Part shown: one piece after another, positions 15,001-29,719 of the stretch
Position numbering within the stretch: the stretch's first letter is position 1
How the letters are laid out: every line of letters starts with the position of its first letter
Origin: the human T2T-CHM13v2.0 reference genome, Homo sapiens
Length of the DNA: 64,000 nucleotides
NCBI RefSeq assembly: GCF_009914755.1
Contig: NC_060940.1
Strand: one strand, 5' to 3'
Position numbers and translations under genes: made by a program
Notes under the pieces: model-generated
Database searches by the model: none
Told to the model about the DNA's origin: nothing
The model's input: the letters and a program-made list of their open reading frames with translations, nothing else

Positions 15001-18000
15001 CCATTCGATGTTGATTCTGTTCAAATCCATTCGATGATTCCACTCGATTCCATTCGATGACTCCAGTTGATCCCATTCGATGATTTCCTTTGATTCCCTT
15101 TGATGATCATTCCATTTGATTCAATTCGGTGATTTCATTTGATTCCATTCAGTGATGTTTCCATTCGACTCCATTCGATGATGATTCCATTCGACTCCAT
15201 TCGATTATGATTTCATTCAATTCCATTCGATAATGATTCCCTTCGAGTCCATTCGATGATTCCATTCGATTCCATTCAACGATGATTTGATTCGTGTCCA
15301 TTCGATGATTCCATTTGATTCCACTTGATGATGATTCCATTCGAGTCCATTTGATGATTCCATTCAATTCCATTCTCCGATGATTTCTTTTGAGCCCACT
15401 CAATGCTTCCACTCGATTCCATATGATGATGACTCCATTCGATGAAATTCGATGATGATTCCATTCGCTTGCATTCGATGATGATTCCACTTGAGTCCAT
15501 TAGAAGATTCTATTCAATTACATTCCATGACGATTCCGTTCGAGTCCATTTGATGATTCCATTAGACTCCATTCGACGATGATTCCATTCGATGTTATTC
15601 GATGATTCCATTCGATCTCATTCGATGATGATTCCATTCAACTCCATTCGATGTTTCCATTCGAGTTCATTCTATTATTCCATTAGATTCCATTCGATGA
15701 TGATTCCATTCGATTCCATTTGATGATTGCATTCTATTTCATTTGATGATGATTCCATTCGAGTCCACTCGATGATTCCATTCGAGTCCATTTAATGAAT
15801 CCATTGGTTTCAATTCTATGATGATTACATTGGATTCCATTCGTTGATGATTTCATTCGGTTCCATTCAATGATGATTCCATTCAATTCCTTTCAATGTT
15901 TCCATTCAATTCCATACGATGATGATTCCATTTGATTTGATTCGACAGTGAGCCATTCGATTCAATTCCATGATGATTCTATTTGATTCAATTGGTTGAC
16001 ATTTCCATTCGATTCCATTCGATGATGATTCCCTTTGATTCCATTCAAAGATGATTCCATTCTAGCCCATTCAATCATTCCATTCGATTCTATTCAATGA
16101 TGATTCCATTCATGTCGATTTGGTGATTCCATTTGACTTCATTTGATGATGATTCCTTTCAAGTTCATTAGATGATTCCATTCGATTCCATTTGATGATG
16201 ATCCCATTCGAGTCCATTCAGTGATTCCACTCGTTTCCATTCCATGATGATTCCATTCCATTCCATTTAATGATTCCATTCGATTCCGTTTGATGATGAT
16301 TTCATTCGAGTCCATTTGATGATTCCATTTGATTCCATTCGATGATGATTCCATTCGAGTCCATTCGATGATTCTATTCGAATCCATTTGATGATTTCTT
16401 TTGATTATAGTTGGTGATGATTCCATTGGAGTCCATTCAATGATTCCATTCTATTCCAATCGATGGTGATTCCATTAGAGTCCATTTAATGATTCCATTT
16501 GATTCCAGTCTCTGATGATTACATTCGAGTCCATACGATGATTCCACTCAATTCCATATGATGATGATTCCATTCGATTCCATTCGATGATTCCATTCTA
16601 TTCTATTCAATGGTGATTCCATTCGAGTACATTAGATGATTCCATTCGATTCCATTCAATGATGATTCTATTTGTGTCCCTTAGATGATTCCACATGATT
16701 CCATTAGATGATGATACTATTTGAGCCCATCCAATGATTCCCTTCGATTCCATTCGATGAGGATTCCATTCGATTCAATTCATTGGTGATTCTATTCAAT
16801 TCAATTCTTTGATTCCATTCCATTCCATTCGACAATGATTCCATTCGATTTCTTTCGATGATTCCACTCGATTCCCCTTGACATTGATTCCCTTCGATTC
16901 CATTCAATGATTCCATTTGATTCCAGTGGATGATGATTGCCGTCGATTCCATTCGATCACTCCATTCTGTTCCATTTGATGATGATTACATTCGATTCCA
17001 TTTGATGATTCCATCTGATTCTATTCGAGGATTCCATTTGATTCCATTCGATGATGATTCCATTCGAGTCCATTCGATGGTTTCATTCGAGTACATCCAA
17101 TGATTCCATTCGAGTCCATTTGATGATTCCATTTGATTCCATTTCATAATGATTCTACTAGAGTCCATTCAATGACTCCATTGGAGTCCATTCAACACTT
17201 CCATTCGACTCCATTTGATGATTCCATTCGATTCCATTTGATGATTCCATTCGAGTCCATTTAATCATTACAGTCGAGTCCATTTGGTGATTCCACTGGA
17301 TTTCTTTAGATAATGATACCATTCAATTACATTTGATGATGATCCCATTCAATTTCATTTGATGATGATTCCATTAGAGTCCATTCGATGATTTCATTCG
17401 AGTCCCTTCATTGATTCCATCCGATTTCATTGGATGATGACTCCATTCGAGTCCATTCGATGATTCCACTCGATTCCATTAGATGACTCCATTGGAGTCC
17501 ATTTGATTGTTCCATTCGATTCCATTCGATTCCTTTCGAAGATTATTCCATTTGAGTCCATTCGATGATGATTCCATTCCATTCCATTCGATGATTCCGT
17601 TTGATTCCATTCGATGAATCCCTTCGATTCCTTTCTTTGATGATTCCATTCCATTCCATTCAATGATTCCATTCGAATCTATTCCATGATGATTTCTTTC
17701 GATTCCATTCGCTGATGTTTCCTTTCAATTCCATTCGATGATGATTCCATTCGATTCCATTCATTGAGGATTCCATTTGATTCCATTCAATGATGTTTCC
17801 GTTCTATTCCATTCAATGATTGCATTCAATTCCATTCAATGATTATCCCCTTAGAGTAAACTCAACGATTCCATTCAATACCATTCGATGATGATTCCTT
17901 TTGAGTCCATTCAATGATTTCATTCAAGTCCATTTGATGATTCCTTTCAATTCCATTCTATGATGATTCCATTCGAGTCCATTCCATGATTCCATTCGAT

Positions 18001-18395
18001 TGCATTCGATGATTCCATTATATTCCAGTCAACGATGATTCCATTCGAGTCCATTCGATGATTCCATTAGAGTACATTTAATGATTGCTTTGTTTTCAAT
18101 TCGAAGATGATTACATTCGATTCCATTCTATGATACCATTCGATTCCATTCAATGATGATTCCACTCAAATCCATTGGATGATTCCATTCGTGTCCATTC
18201 GGTGATTTCATTAGATTCCATTCGAGGATGATTCCATTCGATTCCATTCGATGATTCCATTCAATTCCATTCGATGATGATTCCATTCCAGTCCATATGA
18301 TCATTCCATTTGATTTCATTCGATGATGATTCCATTCGATTCCATTCGATGATTCCATTCTATTCCATTCGATGATGATTCCATTCGAGTCCATT
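1..18395 (+). repeat. Three intact copies of the 6,112-bp HSat2 repeat unit (probably chr16-type HSat2B)
   Basis: Marker ORFs recur at exactly +6112 (496/6608/12720; 997/7109/13221; 3915/10027/16139; 5904/12016/18128). Landmarks such as CCGGTAGGGTCC and GAGTAAACTCAACG occur once per unit. The chr16 assignment is recalled knowledge, not a database result. Confidence 0.93.
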
Positions 18396-21300
18396 CGATG
18401 ATTCCATTCGAGTCCATTTAATGATTCCATTGGGTTCAATTCAATGATGATTACATTGGATTCCGTTCTATGATTCCATTCAATTCCGTTCATTGACAAT
18501 TTGATTCCATTCGATGATGATTCCATTTGAGTTCATTCGATGATTCTATTCGATTCTCTTCGATGGTGATTCAATTCTATTATATTGGATGATTCCATTC
18601 GATTCCATTTGATGTTGATTCAATTCGATTCTATTCGATGATGATTCCATTGGATTTCACTTGATGATTCTATTCGATTCTATTCGATGATGATTCCATT
18701 AGATTTCACTTGATGATTCTATTCGATTCCATTCAATGATGATTCACTTCTCGTCCATTGGATGATTCCATTTCATTCCATTCGATGATGATTCCATTCG
18801 ATTCCATTCGATGATTCCATTTGATTCCATGCGACGGTGAGCAATTCGATTCAATTCCATGATGATTCTATTTGATTCAATTAGATGATGTTTCCATTCG
18901 AATCCATTCCACGATTATTCCATTGGAATCCATTTGGCGATGATTCCATATGAGTGAATTCAATGATGATTCCATATGGGTCCGTTCGATGATAATTCCA
19001 TTTGATTTCATTCAATGCTTCTATTCTATTCCAGTCGATGATGATTCCGTTGGAGTCCATACGATGATTCCATTTGATTTCATTTGATGATGATTCCATT
19101 CGATGATGATTACATTGGATTCCATTCTATGATACCATTCAATTCCATTCGTTGATGATTCGATTCCATTCAATGATGATTCCATTTGAGTTCATTCGAT
19201 GATTCTATTCGATTCCGTTCGATGGTGATTCAATTCTCTTATATTGGATGAATCCACTCGATTCCATTTGATGATTATTCCATTGGAGTCCACTTAGTGA
19301 ATCCTTCAGATTCTACTCGAAGATGATTCCATTCCAGTCCATTCGATGATACCATTCAATTCCATTCGTTGATGCTTCCATTCAAGTGCATTCGATGATA
19401 TCATTCGATTCCATTTGATGATAATTCCATTTGATTCCATGCGATGATTCTATTCGATTCCATTCAATGATAATTCCATTCAGTTCAGTGATTCCTCTGG
19501 ACTCCATTTGATGATGATTCCATTCAATGATTCCATTCGATTCTATTCGAAAATGATTCCATTTGAATCCATTTGATGATGATTCCATTAGATTCCATTT
19601 GATGATTCCATTCGATTCCATGCGACGATGATTCCATTCGATTCCATTTGATGATTCCATTCTATTCTATTCGATGATGATTCCATTCGATTCCATTCGA
19701 TGATGATTGGATTTGATTCCATTTGATGATTTCATTTGATTCCATTCGTTAATGATTTCGATCAATTCCATTCGATGATTCCATTCGATTCCATTCGATA
19801 ATGATTACATCCGTGTCCATTCAATGATTCCATTTGAGCCTGTTCGATAATTCCATTTGATTCCAACCAATGATTCCATTCATTTCCATTCAATGATTCC
19901 ATTCGAGTCCATTTGATCATTCCGGTAGGGTCCATTCGATGTTGATTCCATTGGAGTGCATTCGATGATTCCATTCGAGTCCATTTTAGGATTTGATTCG
20001 AGTCCTTTCGATGATTCCATTCGATTCCACTCGATGATGATTTCATTCGAGTCCATTCGACACTTCCAATCGATTCCATTTGATGTTTCCATTCGATTCC
20101 AATTGATGATTCCATTCAATTCCATTCGATGATGATTCCGTACGATTCCATTCTGTGATGATTCCATGTGATTGCATTCAATGATGATTCCTTTCGATTG
20201 CATTCGATTATGATTCATTTCGTGTTCATTCTATGGTTCCACAGGTTTCCAGTCGATGATGTTTCCACTCGTGTCCATTCCATTATTCCTTTCTATTCCA
20301 TTTGAAGATGATTCCATTCGATTCCATTCATTGGTGATTCCACTCAATTCCATTCAATGATTCCATTCCATTTCTTTCAACAATGATTCCATTAGTTTCT
20401 ATTCGATGATCCACTTGATTCCATTTGACGATGATTCCATTCGTGTCCATTCGAAGATTCCATTTGATTCCATATGATGATGATTCCATTCGATTCCATA
20501 CGATGATGATTCCATTCGAGTCCATTCAATGGTGATTCCATTCAATTCCATTCGATGATTCCTTTCGATTCCATTCAATGATGATGGCATTCGATTCCTT
20601 TCGATCATTCCCTTTGATTCCATTCAAAGGTGATTTCATTCAAGTCCATTCGATAATTGAATTCGATTCCATTCTATGATGATTCCATTCGAGTCCATTC
20701 GATGATTCCATTCGAGTCCATTTAATGATTCCATTGGGTTCAATTCAATGATGATTACATTGGATTCCGTTCTATGATTCCATTCAATTCCGTTCATTGA
20801 CAATTTGATTCCATTCGATGATGATTCCATTTGAGTTCATTCGATGATTCTATTTGATTCTCTTCGATGGTGATTCAATTCTATTATATTGGATGATTCC
20901 ATTCGATTCCATTTGATGTTGATTCAATTCGATTCTATTCGATGATGATTCCATTGGATTTCACTTGATGATTCTATTCGATTCCATTCAATGATGATTC
21001 ACTTCTCGTCCATTGGATGATTCCATTTCATTCCATTCGACGATGATTCCATTCGATTCCATTCGATGATTCCATTTGATTCCATGCGTCGGTGAGCAAT
21101 TCGATTCAATTCCATGATGATTCTATTTGATTCAATTAGATGATGTTTCCATTCGAATCCATTCCATGATTATTCCATTGGAATCCATTCGGCGATGATT
21201 CCATATGAGTCAATTCAATGATGATTCCATATGGGTCCGTTCGATGATAATTCCATTTGATTTCATTCGGTGCTTCTATTCAATTCCAGTCGATGATGAT

Positions 21301-24300
21301 TCCGTTGGAGTCCATACGATGATTCCATTTGATTTCATTTGATGATGATTCCATTCGATGATGATTACATTGGATTCCATTCTATGATTCCATTCAATTC
21401 CATTCGTTGATGATTCGATTCCATTCAATGATGATTCCATTTGAGTTCATTCGATGATTCTATTCGATTCCGTTCGATGGTGATTCAATTCTCTTATATT
21501 GGATGAATCCACTCGATTCCATTTGATGATTATTCCATTGGAGTCCACTTAGTGAATCCTTCAGATTCTACTCGAAGATGATTCCATTCCAGTCCATTCG
21601 ATGATACCATTCAATTCCATTCGTTGATGCTTCCATTCAAGTGCATTCGATGATATCATTCGATTCCATTTGATGATAATTCCATTTGATTCCATGCGAT
21701 GATTCTATTCGATTCCATTCAATGATAATTCCATTCAGTTCAGTGATTCCTCTGGACTCCATTTGATGATGATTCCATTCAATGATTCCATTCGATTCTA
21801 TTCGAAAATGATTCCATTTGAATCCATTTGATGATGATTCCATTAGATTCCATTTGATGATTCCATTCGATTCCATGCGACGATGATTCCATTCGATTCC
21901 ATTTGATGATTCCATTCTATTCTATTCGATGATGATTCCATTCGATTCCATTCGATGATGATTGGATTTGATTCCATTTGATGATTTCATTTGATTCCAT
22001 TCGTTAATGATTTCGATCAATTCCATTCGATGATTCCATTCGATTCCATTCGATAATGATTACATCCGTGTCCATTCAATGATTCCATTTGAGCCTGTTC
22101 GATAATTCCATTTGATTCCAACCAATGATTCCATTCATTTCCATTCAATGATTCCATTCGAGTCCATTTGATCATTCCGGTAGGGTCCATTCGATGTTGA
22201 TTCCATTGGAGTGCATTCGATGATTCCATTCGAGTCCATTTTAGGATTTGATTCGAGTCCTTTCGATGATTCCATTCGATTCCACTCGATGATGATTTCA
22301 TTCGAGTCCATTCGACACTTCCAATCGATTCCATTTGATGTTTCCATTCGATTCCAATTGATGATTCCATTCAATTCCATTCGATGATGATTCCGTACGA
22401 TTCCATTCTGTGATGATTCCATGTGATTGCATTCAATGATGATTCCTTTCGATTGCATTCGATTATGATTCATTTCGTGTTCATTCTATGGTTCCACAGG
22501 TTTCCATTCGATGATGTTTCCATTCGTGTCCATTCCATTATTCCTTTCTATTCCATTTGAAGATGATTCCATTCGATTCCATTCATTGGTGATTCCACTC
22601 AATTCCATTCAATGATTCCATTCCATTTCTTTCAACAATGATTCCATTAGTTTCTATTCGATGATCCACTTGATTCCATTTGACGATGATTCCATTCGTG
22701 TCCATTCGATGATTCCATTTGATTCCATATGATGATGATTCCATTCGATTCCATACGATGATGATTCCATTCGAGTCCATTCAATGGTGATTCCATTCAA
22801 TTCCATTCGATGATTCCTTTCGATTCCATTCAATGATGATGGCATTCGATTCCTTTCGATCATTCCCTTTGATTCCATTCAAAGGTGATTTCATTCAAGT
22901 CCATTCGATAATTGCATTCGATTCCATTCTATGATGATTCCATTCGAGTCCATTCGATGATTCCATTCGAGTCCATTTAATGATTCCATTGGGTTCAATT
23001 CAATGATGATTACATTGGATTCCGTTCTATGATTCCATTCAATTCCGTTCATTGACAATTTGATTCCATTCGATGATGATTCCATTTGAGTTCATTCGAT
23101 GATTCTATTTGATTCTCTTCGATGGTGATTCAATTCTATTATATTGGATGATTCCATTCGATTCCATTTGATGTTGATTCAATTCGATTCTATTCGATGA
23201 TGATTCCATTGGATTTCACTTGATGATTCTATTCGATTCCATTCAATGATGATTCACTTCTCGTCCATTGGATGATTCCATTTCATTCCATTCGATGATG
23301 ATTTCATTCGATTCCATTCGATGATTCCATTTGATTCCATGCGTCGGTGAGCAATTCGATTCAATTCCATGATGATTCTATTTGATTCAATTAGATGATG
23401 TTTCCATTCGAATCCATTCCATGATTATTCCATTGGAATCCATTCGGCGATGATTCCATATGAGTCAATTCAATGATGATTCCATATGGGTCCGTTCGAT
23501 GATAATTCCATTTGATTTCATTCGGTGCTTCTATTCAATTCCAGTCGATGATGATTCCGTTGGAGTCCATACGATGATTCCATTTGATTTCATTTGATGA
23601 TGATTCCATTCGATGATGATTACATTGGATTCCATTCTATGATTCCATTCAATTCCATTCGTTGATGATTCGATTCCATTCAATGATGATTCCATTTGAG
23701 TTCATTCGATGATTCTATTCGATTCCGTTCGATGGTGATTCAATTCTCTTATATTGGATGAATCCACTCGATTCCATTTGATGATTATTCCATTGGAGTC
23801 CACTTAGTGAATCCTTCAGATTCTACTCGAAGATGATTCCATTCCAGTCCATTCGATGATACCATTCAATTCCATTCGTTGATGCTTCCATTCAAGTGCA
23901 TTCGATGATATCATTCGATTCCATTTGATGATAATTCCATTTGATTCCATGCGATGATTCTATTCGATTCCATTCAATGATAATTCCATTCAGTTCAGTG
24001 ATTCCTCTGGACTCCATTTGATGATGATTCCATTCAATGATTCCATTCGATTCTATTCGAAAATGATTCCATTTGAATCCATTTGATGATGATTCCATTA
24101 GATTCCATTTGATGATTCCATTCGATTCCATGCGACGATGATTCCATTCGATTCCATTTGATGATTCCATTCTATTCTATTCGATGATGATTCCATTCGA
24201 TTCCATTCGATGATGATTGGATTTGATTCCATTTGATGATTTCATTTGATTCCATTCGTTAATGATTTCGATCAATTCCATTCGATGATTCCATTCGATT

Positions 24301-27300
24301 CCATTCGATAATGATTACATCCGTGTCCATTCAATGATTCCATTTGAGCCTGTTCGATAATTCCATTTGATTCCAACCAATGATTCCATTCATTTCCATT
24401 CAATGATTCCATTCGAGTCCATTTGATCATTCCGGTAGGGTCCATTCGATGTTGATTCCATTGGAGTGCATTCGATGATTCCATTCGAGTCCATTTTAGG
24501 AGTTGATTCGAGTCCTTTCGATGATTCCATTCGATTCCACTCGATGATGATTTCATTCGAGTCCATTCGACACTTCCAATCGATTCCATTTGATGTTTCC
24601 ATTCGATTCCAATTGATGATTCCATTCAATTCCATTCGATGATGATTCCGTACGATTCCATTCTGTGATGATTCCATGTGATTGCATTCAATGATGATTC
24701 CTTTCGATTGCATTCGATTATGATTCATTTCGTGTTCATTCTATGGTTCCACAGGTTTCCATTCGATGATGTTTCCATTCGTGTCCATTCCATTATTCCT
24801 TTCTATTCCATTTGAAGATGATTCCATTCGATTCCATTCATTGGTGATTCCACTCAATTCCATTCAATGATTCCATTCCATTTCTTTCAACAATGATTCC
24901 ATTAGTTTCTATTCGATGATCCACTTGATTCCATTTGACGATGATTCCATTCGTGTCCATTCGATGATTCCATTTGATTCCATATGATGATGATTCCATT
25001 CGATTCCATACGATGATGATTCCATTCGAGTCCATTCAATGGTGATTCCATTCAATTCCATTCGATGATTCCTTTCGATTCCATTCAATGATGATGGCAT
25101 TCGATTCCTTTCGATCATTCCCTTTGATTCCATTCAAAGGTGATTTCATTCAAGTCCATTCGATAATTGCATTCGATTCCATTCTATGATGATTCCATTC
25201 GAGTCCATTCGATGATTCCATTCGAGTCCATTTAATGATTCCATTGGGTTCAATTCAATGATGATTACATTGGATTCCGTTCTATGATTCCATTCAATTC
25301 CGTTCATTGACAATTTGATTCCATTCGATGATGATTCCATTTGAGTTCATTCGATGATTCTATTTGATTCTCTTCGATGGTGATTCAATTCTATTATATT
25401 GGATGATTCCATTCGATTCCATTTGATGTTGATTCAATTCGATTCTATTCGATGATGATTCCATTGGATTTCACTTGATGATTCTATTCGATTCCATTCA
25501 ATGATGATTCACTTCTCGTCCATTGGATGATTCCATTTCATTCCATTCGATGATGATTCCATTCGATTCCATTCGATGATTCCATTTGATTCCATGCGTC
25601 GGTGAGCAATTCGATTCAATTCCATGATGATTCTATTTGATTCAATTAGATGATGTTTCCATTCGAATCCATTCCATGATTATTCCATTGGAATCCATTC
25701 GGCGATGATTCCATATGAGTCAATTCAATGATGATTCCATATGGGTCCGTTCGATGATAATTCCATTTGATTTCATTCGGTGCTTCTATTCAATTCCAGT
25801 CGATGATGATTCCGTTGGAGTCCATACGATGATTCCATTTGATTTCATTTGATGATGATTCCATTCGATGATGATTACATTGGATTCCATTCTATGATTC
25901 CATTCAATTCCATTCGTTGATGATTCGATTCCATTCAATGATGATTCCATTTGAGTTCATTCGATGATTCTATTCGATTCCGTTCGATGGTGATTCAATT
26001 CTCTTATATTGGATGAATCCACTCGATTCCATTTGATGATTATTCCATTGGAGTCCACTTAGTGAATCCTTCAGATTCTACTCGAAGATGATTCCATTCC
26101 AGTCCATTCGATGATACCATTCAATTCCATTCGTTGATGCTTCCATTCAAGTGCATTCGATGATATCATTCGATTCCATTTGATGATAATTCCATTTGAT
26201 TCCATGCGATGATTCTATTCGATTCCATTCAATGATAATTCCATTCAGTTCAGTGATTCCTCTGGACTCCATTTGATGATGATTCCATTCAATGATTCCA
26301 TTCGATTCTATTCGAAAATGATTCCATTTGAATCCATTTGATGATGATTCCATTAGATTCCATTTGATGATTCCATTCGATTCCATGCGACGATGATTCC
26401 ATTCGATTCCATTTGATGATTCCATTCTATTCTATTCGATGATGATTCCATTCGATTCCATTCGATGATGATTGGATTTGATTCCATTTGATGATTTCAT
26501 TTGATTCCATTCGTTAATGATTTCGATCAATTCCATTCGATGATTCCATTCGATTCCATTCGATAATGATTACATCCGTGTCCATTCCATGATTCCATTT
26601 GAGCCTGTTCGATAATTCCATTTGATTCCAACCAATGATTCCATTCATTTCCATTCAATGATTCCATTCGAGTCCATTTGATCATTCCGGTAGGGTCCAT
26701 TCGATGTTGATTCCATTGGAGTGCATTCGATGATTCCATTCGAGTCCATTTTAGGATTTGATTCGAGTCCTTTCGATGATTCCATTCGATTCCACTCGAT
26801 GATGATTTCATTCGAGTCCATTCGACACTTCCAATCGATTCCATTTGATGTTTCCATTCGAGTCCAATTGATGATTCCATTCAATTCCATTCGATGATGA
26901 TTCCGTACGATTCCATTCTGTGATGATTCCATGTGATTGCATTCAATGATGATTCCTTTCGATTGCATTCGATTATGATTCATTTCGTGTTCATTCTATG
27001 GTTCCACAGGTTTCCATTCGATGATGTTTCCATTCGTGTCCATTCCATTATTCCTTTCTATTCCATTTGAAGATGATTCCATTCGATTCCATTCATTGGT
27101 GATTCCACTCAATTCCATTCAATGATTCCATTCCATTTCTTTCAACAATGATTCCATTAGTTTCTATTCGATGATCCACTTGATTCCATTTGACGATGAT
27201 TCCATTCGTGTCCATTCGATGATTCCATTTGATTCCATATGATGATGATTCCATTCGATTCCATACGATGATGATTCCATTCGAGTCCATTCAATGGTGA

Positions 27301-29719
27301 TTCCATTCAATTCCATTCGATGATTCCTTTCGATTCCATTCAATGATGATGGCATTCGATTCCTTTCGATCATTCCCTTTGATTCCATTCAAAGGTGATT
27401 TCATTCAAGTCCATTCGATAATTGCATTCGATTCCATTCTATGATGATTCCATTCGAGTCCATTCGATGATTCCATTCGAGTCCATTTAATGATTCCATT
27501 GGGTTCAATTCAATGATGATTACATTGGATTCCGTTCTATGATTCCATTCAATTCCGTTCATTGACAATTTGATTCCATTCGATGATGATTCCATTTGAG
27601 TTCATTCGATGATTCTATTTGATTCTCTTCGATGGTGATTCAATTCTATTATATTGGATGATTCCATTCGATTCCATTTGATGTTGATTCAATTCGATTC
27701 TATTCGATGATGATTCCATTGGATTTCACTTGATGATTCTATTCGATTCCATTCAATGATGATTCACTTCTCGTCCATTGGATGATTCCATTTCATTCCA
27801 TTCGATGATGATTCCATTCGATTCCATTTGATGATTCCATTTGATTCCATGTGTCGGTGAGCAATTCGATTCAATTCCATGATGATTCTATTTGATTCAA
27901 TTAGATGATGTTTCCATTCGAATCCATTCCATGATTATTCCATTGGAATCCATTCGGCGATGATTCCATATGAGTCAATTCAATGATGATTCCATATGGG
28001 TCCGTTCGATGATAATTCCATTTGATTTCATTCGGTGCTTCTATTCAATTCCAGTCGATGATGATTCCGTTGGAGTCCATACGATGATTCCATTTGATTT
28101 CATTTGATGATGATTCCATTCGATGATGATTACATTGGATTCCAGTCTATGATTCCATTCAATTCCATTCGTTGATGATTCGATTCCATTCAATGATGAT
28201 TCCATTTGAGTTCATTCGATGATTCTATTCGATTCCGTTCGATGGTGATTCAATTCTCTTATATTGGATGAATCCACTCGATTCCATTTGATGATTATTC
28301 CATTGGAGTCCACTTAGTGAATCCTTCAGATTCTACTCGAAGATGATTCCATTCCAGTCCATTCGATGATACCATTCAATTCCATTCGTTGATGCTTCCA
28401 TTCAAGTGCATTCGATGATATCATTCGATTCCATTTGATGATAATTCCATTTGATTCCATGCGATGATTCTATTCGATTCCATTCAATGATAATTCCATT
28501 CAGTTCAGTGATTCCTCTGGACTCCATTTGATGATGATTCCATTCAATGATTCCATTCGATTCTATTCGAAAATGATTCCATTTGAATCCATTTGATGAT
28601 GATTCCATTAGATTCCATTTGATGATTCCATTCGATTCCATGCGACGATGATTCCATTCGATTCCATTTGATGATTCCATTCTATTCTATTCGATGATGA
28701 TTCCATTCGATTCCATTCGATGATGATTGGATTTGATTCCATTTGATGATTTCATTTGATTCCATTCGTTAATGATTTTGATCAATTCCATTCGATGATT
28801 CCATTCGATTCCATTCGATAATGATTACATCCGTGTCCATTCAATGATTCCATTTGAGCCTGTTCGATAATTCCATTTGAGTCCAACCAATGATTCCATT
28901 CATTTCCATTCAATGATTCCATTCGAGTCCATTTGACCATTCCGGTAGGGTCCATTCGATGTTGATTCCATTGGAGTGCATTCGATGATTCCATTCGAGT
29001 CCATTTTATGATTTGATTCGAGTCCTTTCGATGATTCCATTCGATTCCACTCAATGATGATTTCATTCGAGTCCATTCGACACTTCCAATCGATTCCATT
29101 TGATGTTTCCATTCGAGTCCAATTGATGATTCCATTCAATTCCATTCGATGATGATTCCGTACGATTCCATTCTGTGATGATTCCATGTGATTGCATTCA
29201 ATGATGATTCCTTTAGATTGCATTCGATTGTGATTCATTTCGTCTTCATTCTATGGTTCCACAGGCTTCCATTCGATGACGTTTCCATTCGTGTCCATTC
29301 CATTATTCCATTCTATTTCATTTGATGATGATTCCATTCGATTCCATTCATTGGTGATTCCACTCAATTCCATTCAATGATTCCATTCCATTTCTTTCAA
29401 CAATGATTCCATTAGTTTCTATTCGATGATCCACTTGATTCCATTTGGCGATGATTCCATTCGTGTCCATTCGATGATTCCATTTGATTCCATATGATGA
29501 TGATTCCATTCGATTCCATACCATGATGATTCCATTCGAGTCCATTCAATGGTGATTCCATTCAATTCCATTCGATGATTCCTTCCGATTCCATTCGATG
29601 ATGATGGCATTCGATTCCTTTCAATCATTCCCTTTGATTCCATTCAAAGGTGATTTCATTCAAGTCCATTCGATAATTGCATTCGATTCCATTCTATGAT
29701 GATTCCATTCGAGTCCATT
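18396..29719 (+). repeat. Nested tandem array of five 2,255-bp sub-units (unit pos. ~60-2298 plus a 16-bp insertion; first copy is 2,304 bp)
   Basis: Marker ORFs at 19382/21637/23892/26147/28402 are spaced exactly 2255. The junction ...TTCTATGATGATTCCATTCGAGTCCATT|CGATGATTCCATTCGAGTCCATTTAATG occurs at ~20700, 22955, 25210 and 27465. Normal unit sequence resumes at 29720. Confidence 0.93.
18623..18720 (+). repeat. Local 49-bp tandem duplication
   Basis: ATTCGATTCTATTCGATGATGATTCCATT(G/A)GATTTCACTTGATGATTCT appears twice (18623-18671, 18672-18720; one mismatch). It explains the marker spacing 12720->18881 = 6112+49. Confidence 0.92.
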
